A stretch of DNA of 64,000 nucleotides. Source: Thermoproteota archaeon. GTDB taxonomy: Archaea; Thermoproteota; Methanomethylicia; Methanomethylicales; Methanomethylicaceae. Location: the NCBI GenBank assembly GCA_030055575.1, contig JASFYL010000001.1, positions 3,545 to 67,544 on the forward strand, given 5' to 3'. The notes below the pieces were generated by a model. It worked only from the letters and a program-made list of their open reading frames with translations, was not told the DNA's origin and ran no database searches. Below are positions 58,157 through 64,000 of this stretch, piece by piece (positions within the stretch are counted from its first letter, which is position 1; each line of letters starts with the position of its first letter). Made by a program: the position numbers and the translations under genes.

Positions 58157-59097
58157 GCTCCTCAGTAACCTTCGTCGGAACTGGATCCTATCCAGCCCAC
58201 ATAACTGGATTCTTCACAGTCCACAAGTATGCTGACCCGCTTCGTAGTGGCTCGACTGGAGCCGGGATCTGCATTACGGGTGGCGTCAGATGTGGGGTCG
58301 AAGCATCCAAGTCCTCGACCTCTTTCTTAAGAATTGTCAGCAACGGAGTAGAGGTTTCATCCCCCACTTGCCGATCCGTTGTCTCCCAGCTACTTCCCCG
58401 TGAAGGATATTCGATATCTGTTAGGATGCAATCCTTACTCCCGGCAAACTATGGATACGGTATAAGCGGTTCCTCTGCACTGAGCTTGGCAACCGCTCTG
58501 AATGAAGCTCTGAGACTTGGGCTCTCCACCATGGAGATTGGGACCGTCGCGCATGTAGCGGAAGTGGAGAATATGACTGGTTTGGGGGATGTAATGGCTG
58601 AGATGGTGGGCGGTCTAGAAGTGAGGGTCAGCCCAGGGGCGCCGGGAATCGGGGTTGCTAGGCAGGTTCCAGTTGAACGAGACAGCGTGGTTCTCTCCAC
58701 CCCTGTAGTGGAGTATCCCACAAAGATGATGTTAACGAATTCCCAATATGTAGAGCGGATTAACCTGTTGGGCGCACGGGCCCTTGATTCATTTCTTGAG
58801 TCCCCGACAATAGAGAACTTTATGATCCAGTCACGACGCTTCTGGGAGGGCGTGGGGCTCTTGGAGTCACCTGTTTTATCCGTGCTGCGGAGATATGAGC
58901 GGGCTGGAATATTGTTTCCCTCTGTCAAGAAGGGTATCGTCTTCGCAGTCCTTGACAGAGATGATCTACCCCGCGTCCTAGGTCGCTTGGCATCTCGCGG
59001 GGGTGCCGATGGCTCTGGGCATGTTTTGATGGAGGGGGATCTCAGGCTGTTCGTTTCAGAAGTTCATATGAGGGGAGTGGAATGGGCGTCAGGCTGA
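58153..59097 (+). CDS. Pantoate kinase (GHMP family)
   Basis: PAHITGFF, GSTGAG, GYGISG, AHVAEV, TGLGDV. Confidence 0.9.
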   Translation: MSSSVTFVGTGSYPAHITGFFTVHKYADPLRSGSTGAGICITGGVRCGVEASKSSTSFLRIVSNGVEVSSPTCRSVVSQLLPREGYSISVRMQSLLPANYGYGISGSSALSLATALNEALRLGLSTMEIGTVAHVAEVENMTGLGDVMAEMVGGLEVRVSPGAPGIGVARQVPVERDSVVLSTPVVEYPTKMMLTNSQYVERINLLGARALDSFLESPTIENFMIQSRRFWEGVGLLESPVLSVLRRYERAGILFPSVKKGIVFAVLDRDDLPRVLGRLASRGGADGSGHVLMEGDLRLFVSEVHMRGVEWASG

Positions 59098-59855
59098 AGA
59101 TACCAAAGAACCACGTAAGGGCCGCGTCCTTGTACATAAGAGAGAAGCTGGTCGAGGGTGAAGAGTGTGGGGTCGTGACAAAGTCTGGGCTTATAGCTCA
59201 CGGAAGAGGAGAAGCATTCGACTACTTAATCGGGGAAGAGACAATCGCACCCGCCCTCTTTGCAACAAGGGCTGCCGCGGCTGCCCTGCTCACAGCGTCC
59301 CATCCTGTAATCTCGGTGAACGGCAACACTGCTGCGCTTGTGCCCAAAGAGATTGTCAAGCTCTCAGAGGAGGTTCCTGCGGATCTCGAGGTTAACCTCT
59401 TCTACAGGAGCAGGAAAAGGGAGATCGCAGTCAGAGATGCATTGATCAGGGCTGGTGCAAAGCGCGTCTTAGGAGTTGGGAGATGTGCGAGTGCCAGAAT
59501 TCCTGAGCTATTCAGCGAAAGGCGGAGGGTCGACCCGCGCGGAATATACTCCGCAGATGTTGTGTTGGTGCCGTTGGAAGACGGCGACCGGACCATGGCA
59601 CTTAAGAAAATGGGAAAGCTAGTGATAACAATCGATCTTAACCCTCTCTCTAGGACTGCCCAGACTGCCGACATCACGATCGTAGACAATATCATTCGCG
59701 CGGTACCTAACATTACTTCCGCAGTTAGAGAGATGAAGGGTCTGGGTAGGGCTTCGCTTAATGAAGTCCTTCGGAACTATAACAACAGGCTGAATATTTC
59801 AAGCACACTGATCCACCTACGAGACCGTCTCACTAGGCTGGCAGAGGATGTTTGA
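59082..59855 (+). CDS. Phosphopantothenate synthetase (archaeal)
   Basis: GLIAHGRGEAFDYLIGE, SVNGN, PLEDGDR, IDLNPLSRT. Confidence 0.95.
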   Translation: MGVRLKIPKNHVRAASLYIREKLVEGEECGVVTKSGLIAHGRGEAFDYLIGEETIAPALFATRAAAAALLTASHPVISVNGNTAALVPKEIVKLSEEVPADLEVNLFYRSRKREIAVRDALIRAGAKRVLGVGRCASARIPELFSERRRVDPRGIYSADVVLVPLEDGDRTMALKKMGKLVITIDLNPLSRTAQTADITIVDNIIRAVPNITSAVREMKGLGRASLNEVLRNYNNRLNISSTLIHLRDRLTRLAEDV

Positions 59856-60382
59856 ACATGCGTGTTTTGCACAATAGACGCTCCTATATGTTAGTCTATA
59901 TCGCCCTCTTCGGGGCGCTATCTATTGTGCTCACCAGTCTCCGCGTCTCCTTCCCACTAGGGAATCCGAACTTGGGCTCAACTGCGGTCTCTGTAGTTGC
60001 AGTAGCCTCGCCTGGACTATCCGCGTTCGCAGTTGGTTTGATAAAGGGGGTGGGCGCATCCCTATGGACCGGTCAGGCAATTATAGAGATCCCTGCAGGC
60101 ATTGGTGACGGGATGATGGGTCTACTGACCTCTTGGCTGTCCAGACGTAAGAATCCGGCTATCGCTGTGGTGGTAGGTCAGTTGAGCAGGTATGTCTTCA
60201 CCTCTGGGATGATCTCTCTTTCGCTCAGCATCTTCCAGTCGAATTTATACCCGAGCTTTATAGCTGCATGGCATGCTATGATCCCAGCGATCACACTCTC
60301 GATAGTCGGCAATGCGCTAATCTCTTTGTATTTGGTGCAGAACCTACATCTATTCACGCGTAGCATTCAGGAACGATTTTGA
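59852..60382 (+). CDS. ECF transporter S-component-like membrane protein
   Basis: 176 aa, 5-6 TMs, IALFGAL and GNPNLG patterns; overlaps the upstream stop codon. Confidence 0.7.
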   Translation: MNMRVLHNRRSYMLVYIALFGALSIVLTSLRVSFPLGNPNLGSTAVSVVAVASPGLSAFAVGLIKGVGASLWTGQAIIEIPAGIGDGMMGLLTSWLSRRKNPAIAVVVGQLSRYVFTSGMISLSLSIFQSNLYPSFIAAWHAMIPAITLSIVGNALISLYLVQNLHLFTRSIQERF

Positions 60383-61022
60383 ACACAGGAACTTATTTTT
60401 CGATTGGGCTTCTATCTGCCAAGTGACCTCCACCTGTCTTATCCGTCTGGATGGGGTAAATGCTTCTCGAGCTCCCTCTGTGACAATGTGAACAGCAGAT
60501 TCAAACTGCTGTCTACACCCCACTAGCCTCAATTGGATATGAACCCCTTTTACTGATGATTTTTCTTCACTTCTACACCGGAGCCAGTGGGCGATCAGAT
60601 GGTCCTCCTCCTATTGGCGTATTCGAAAGGGAACTTGTACCGAACCAAACAGCAATATCGTCCTCTCGCCCTCACTTTGATACAATCGACAATACCCCCC
60701 AGACTCTGAAGACCCTCTATACAAACCTAGGTCATCTTTGATGCTCTCTGGGGACGTGGCAGTTTATCGTAGCTGGGCTGCCGCCCTCAATTCGCCTGTC
60801 ACGGGTGAGACCAAGGGCTTGCTGATGCTTAGGAGATGTCCAGTTCTCGGTCCTGGGAACATCCGGAACCAAGCATTATCAATGGGAATCTGCACCCTTG
60901 AGAGCTGGACAGAAAACCACCCGAAAGTACCTGCTGTCGATGGAAAGTGCCAAGAGAAAAAGCTTTTAACTTTATTTCCTCTTTTACTTTTCAAAAGTAG
61001 CTTTGAACGGTAGGTATTAATC

Positions 61023-62219
61023 ATGTCGATAAGTAGAATCGCTCTTGCATATTCCGGAGGCTTGGACACCTCGGTGGCAATAAAGTGGCTCTCAGAAAGA
61101 TATGGATCGAAAGTGATCACAGTGACCGTAGACGTCGGGCAAGGGGAAGATTTCAAGGCGATTGGAGAGAAGGCGCTCAGAGTGGGCGCTGAGCACCACT
61201 ACACAATCGACGCTAAGGAGGAGTTTGTCAGAGGCTTCATCTTCCCTTCGATAAAGGCGAATGGGCTCTACCAGGGGAAGTATCCTATCTCGACCGCACT
61301 CAGCAGGCCTCTGATCGCGAAGAAGCTGATAGAGGTCGCCCACAAGGAAGGATGCGATGCCGTTGCACACGGCTGCACTGGTAAGGGAAACGATCAGCTC
61401 AGGATCGAGATCTCCTGCAGGGCGCTCGACCCCACCATGAAGATCCTTGCCCCCACGAGGGAGTGGGGAATGAGCCGGGATCAGGAGGTCGAGTACGCCA
61501 TGAAACATGGCATACCCATCTCGAAGGCAGCGAAGAAGTACAGTATAGACCAGAACCTCTGGGGGAGATCGATAGAGAGCGGGCCACTGGAGAATCCATG
61601 GACTGCGCCGGAAGAGGATGGGTGGGAGTGGACGAAAGCCCCCGAGCTTGCCCCAGACACTCCGAGGAATGTCGAGCTACGCTTCAGTAATGGCGTTCCT
61701 GTCGCAATAGACGGAGAAGAATGCCAACCACTAGACCTCATAAGGAAACTAAACAAGATCGCGGGGGAGCACGGCGTTGGAAGGATAGACCATATGGAGG
61801 ACAGGATCGTTGGGATAAAATCGAGAGAGACCTACGAGTGCCCAGCTGCCGTGACCGTACTCGAGGCCCACAAGGATCTCGAGAAGCTGGTTCTTAATAG
61901 ACACGAGCTATCGTTCAAGAGGATGGTCGACGAACAGTGGACCTATCTGGTCTACGCCGGCCTTTGGGAAGACCCGCTCAGGGAAGAGCTGGACGCTTTC
62001 ATCGACAAGGCAAATGAGCGGGTAGAAGGAAGGGTCAGGGTCAGGCTTTACAAGGGTTCTCTAGCAATCACAGGGAGGGAATCCCCCAACTCCGTGTACG
62101 ACTTCAAGACCGCCACTTATGACTCTTCTTCGACATTCGATCAAACCCTCTCGAAGGGGTTCGTGGAGCTCTGGGGGCTTCCCACGGTAGTCTCTAGGAA
62201 ACTGGTCTCGAGGAGATAG
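61023..62219 (+). CDS. argG: Argininosuccinate synthase
   Basis: AYSGGLDTS, HGCTGKGNDQ, SIDQNLWGRS, KSRETYE. Confidence 0.97.
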   Translation: MSISRIALAYSGGLDTSVAIKWLSERYGSKVITVTVDVGQGEDFKAIGEKALRVGAEHHYTIDAKEEFVRGFIFPSIKANGLYQGKYPISTALSRPLIAKKLIEVAHKEGCDAVAHGCTGKGNDQLRIEISCRALDPTMKILAPTREWGMSRDQEVEYAMKHGIPISKAAKKYSIDQNLWGRSIESGPLENPWTAPEEDGWEWTKAPELAPDTPRNVELRFSNGVPVAIDGEECQPLDLIRKLNKIAGEHGVGRIDHMEDRIVGIKSRETYECPAAVTVLEAHKDLEKLVLNRHELSFKRMVDEQWTYLVYAGLWEDPLREELDAFIDKANERVEGRVRVRLYKGSLAITGRESPNSVYDFKTATYDSSSTFDQTLSKGFVELWGLPTVVSRKLVSRR

Positions 62220-62239
62220 CCGCTCGGAGGATCAGGGGG

Positions 62240-63730
62240 TTGAAGATCACTCGCGGCGGGCGCCTCTCGGGCGACCTCACCGAGGAAGTAGCCAGATTCA
62301 CCTCCTCCTCTGGGTTTGACCACTACATTGCAGAGGAGGTTGTGGAGATAAACATAGCGCATGTCTTGGCACTGGCTGCATCCAATTACCTCCGTCCTCA
62401 GGAGGCACTCGATCTAGTGAGCGCGCTTGAGACCCTCAAGGGGAAGGCACTGCAGATTCCCCCTGAGTTGGAGGACATCCACATGGTCGTCGAGGAAGAG
62501 GTCACGAGGATAGTCGGTCAAGAGAAAGGCGGGAAGGTACACACTGGCAAGAGCAGGAATGACCAAGTGGCGACGGCGATAAGGATGCGCCTCAGACGGT
62601 TCATGCTAGACCTGTGTTCCGAAATTGCCTCCCTACAGAAAGCTTTGCTGGATCTTGCCGCATCCAACCAGGGGAAGATCATTGTGCCCGGGTACACCCA
62701 CCTCCAGCATGCCCAGCCCGTGACCGTAGCACACCACCTCTTGGCACACCATGACGCTATCGCGAGGAACTTCGACCGGCTAGCCGACTCCTACCAAAGA
62801 GTTAACCTCAGCCCGATGGGGGCAGCCGCACTCGCCGGGACTGGTTTCCAGATCGACAGGGACCTCGTTGCTAGGTACCTCGGATTCAGCGGGATTGTCG
62901 AGAACACGATGGATGCGGTAGCATCGCGTGACTTCGCGCTGGAAGTTGCCTCCTCGCTCACAATCCTGATGGTAGACCTGAGCCGGTTCGCAGAGGAGCT
63001 AGTCATCTGGGCTTCTTCCGAATTCGGCTACATAGAGATGCCTGATGACCACTCTTCGACCAGCAGTATCATGCCGCAGAAGAAGAACCCGGTGACAGCA
63101 GAGATCCTCAGGGCCACCACAGGTAGGGTCTTCGGAGACTTGGCTTCGATGGTGATGATCATGAAGTCTCTCCCACTCACATACAACTTGGACATGCAAC
63201 AGCTCACCCCCCACCTATGGAGCTCATGCGAATCCACGAGCCTGTCAATAAGGGTTCTAACGGACCTCGTGAGGAAGCTGCGTTTCGACGAAAAGAGGAT
63301 TCGGGAGTCTGTGATCAAGGGCTCTTCGGTTGCAACGGAGCTAGCTGATGTGCTGGTCAGAGAAGGCGGGGTCGCGTTCCGGAAAGCCCACCATGTCGTC
63401 GGCGCGGTCGTCAAGGCCCTCTATACCGAGGGGCTGTCCCTCTCAGAGACGCCTCCAGAGCGTCTCCAAGAGATGATCTCCAAGCTCTCTGGCATAGTGC
63501 TTGACCTAGACTCGATAAGGGGAGCGGTATCCCCTGACCGGAATGTAGACGTCAGAAAAGTTAAGGGTGGGCCAGCATATGCCGAGTCGGAGAGGATGAT
63601 CCTAGAGAGGAGGCGCCTTATTGAAAAAGAGGAGGATTTACTAAATGCCATGAGGCGGGTTGAGGAGGAGGGCAAGATCGCGATGCTCAGGGAGATCGAG
63701 TCCTTGCGCCAGAGTATATCAGATAACTAG
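62240..63730 (+). CDS. argH: Argininosuccinate lyase
   Basis: HTGKSRNDQ, GYTHLQHAQP, SSIMPQKKNP. Confidence 0.97.
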   Translation: MKITRGGRLSGDLTEEVARFTSSSGFDHYIAEEVVEINIAHVLALAASNYLRPQEALDLVSALETLKGKALQIPPELEDIHMVVEEEVTRIVGQEKGGKVHTGKSRNDQVATAIRMRLRRFMLDLCSEIASLQKALLDLAASNQGKIIVPGYTHLQHAQPVTVAHHLLAHHDAIARNFDRLADSYQRVNLSPMGAAALAGTGFQIDRDLVARYLGFSGIVENTMDAVASRDFALEVASSLTILMVDLSRFAEELVIWASSEFGYIEMPDDHSSTSSIMPQKKNPVTAEILRATTGRVFGDLASMVMIMKSLPLTYNLDMQQLTPHLWSSCESTSLSIRVLTDLVRKLRFDEKRIRESVIKGSSVATELADVLVREGGVAFRKAHHVVGAVVKALYTEGLSLSETPPERLQEMISKLSGIVLDLDSIRGAVSPDRNVDVRKVKGGPAYAESERMILERRRLIEKEEDLLNAMRRVEEEGKIAMLREIESLRQSISDN

Positions 63731-63911
63731 CGACTTCCCTGATCCACTTTCCACTGGATTCGTTAGCCTCGAGCAACCGGAGGTATTCCTCCCAAGTTAC
63801 ATCCATCCTCTCATGCCATGTAGTGTAGTGATCCCTTATTCTGGCTTCAGCTTCAGCGTGCTCCTCGCAAAGTTCACCCTTGCTTTCCGCCTCGCAGATA
63901 CTGCACTTCAT
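63687..63911 (-). CDS. Small hypothetical protein with CxxC-x8-CxxH zinc motif
   Basis: MKCSICEAESKGELCEEH...WEEYL...GKWIREVA; ATG overlaps the upstream TGA. Confidence 0.7.
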   Translation of the reverse strand: MKCSICEAESKGELCEEHAEAEARIRDHYTTWHERMDVTWEEYLRLLEANESSGKWIREVASYLIYSGARTRSP

Positions 63912-64000
63912 GCCCTCATCTTTGATGGGCATTCTGGGTTTATGCAGATCGTCCATGTCTTTGAGTATCCTCCAGTAACCGCTATTATTGGAAAACCACA
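63908..64000 (-). CDS. C-terminal zinc ribbon, probably of DNA topoisomerase IA (truncated by window end)
   Basis: CGFPIIAVTGGYSKTWTICINPECPSKMRA-stop resembles archaeal TopA C-terminal W..CINP.CP fingers. Confidence 0.6.
   Translation of the reverse strand, partial: CGFPIIAVTGGYSKTWTICINPECPSKMRA

Noticed and set aside
1-64000. CRISPR arrays, IS elements, integrases, att duplications, Sec/Pyl read-through and long antisense ORFs
   Set aside because: No regularly spaced repeats, transposase or integrase motifs, duplicated tRNA ends or in-frame stops within conserved genes were seen by eye; antisense ORFs mirror well-supported genes

Overview
Compact archaeal chromosome segment, most consistent with a TACK/Thermoproteota anaerobe. 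The evidence is a Cren7-type protein, a short XPF, a non-catalytic splicing-endonuclease subunit, superoxide reductase and a hydrogenase maturation protease. Methanomethylicia/Verstraetearchaeota is plausible but is inference. Most genes are housekeeping: dnaG end, pelota, HisRS, MetRS, aIF2-beta, NMD3, tRNA modification, XPD/XPF/RadB, modified mevalonate and archaeal lipid genes, CoA and arginine synthesis, glnA, and the topA end. RNA genes are the SRP RNA and five tRNAs (Ser-GCT, Pro-TGG, Lys-TTT with a 13-nt intron, Gln-TTG, Leu-CAG). Four things stand out. (1) Two proteins resemble eukaryotic oligosaccharyltransferase accessory subunits, ribophorin I/Ost1 and DC2/OSTC (OST3/6 family). (2) A nine-gene Mrp/MBS-like membrane arm has three antiporter subunits but no redox module. 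(3) Two 47-aa Cys-rich genes were missed by the ORF track, one a zinc-finger Cren7. (4) Several unusual fusions and operon members occur. No CRISPR array, transposase or integrase was seen. All family calls come from motif recognition by eye, not database searches.
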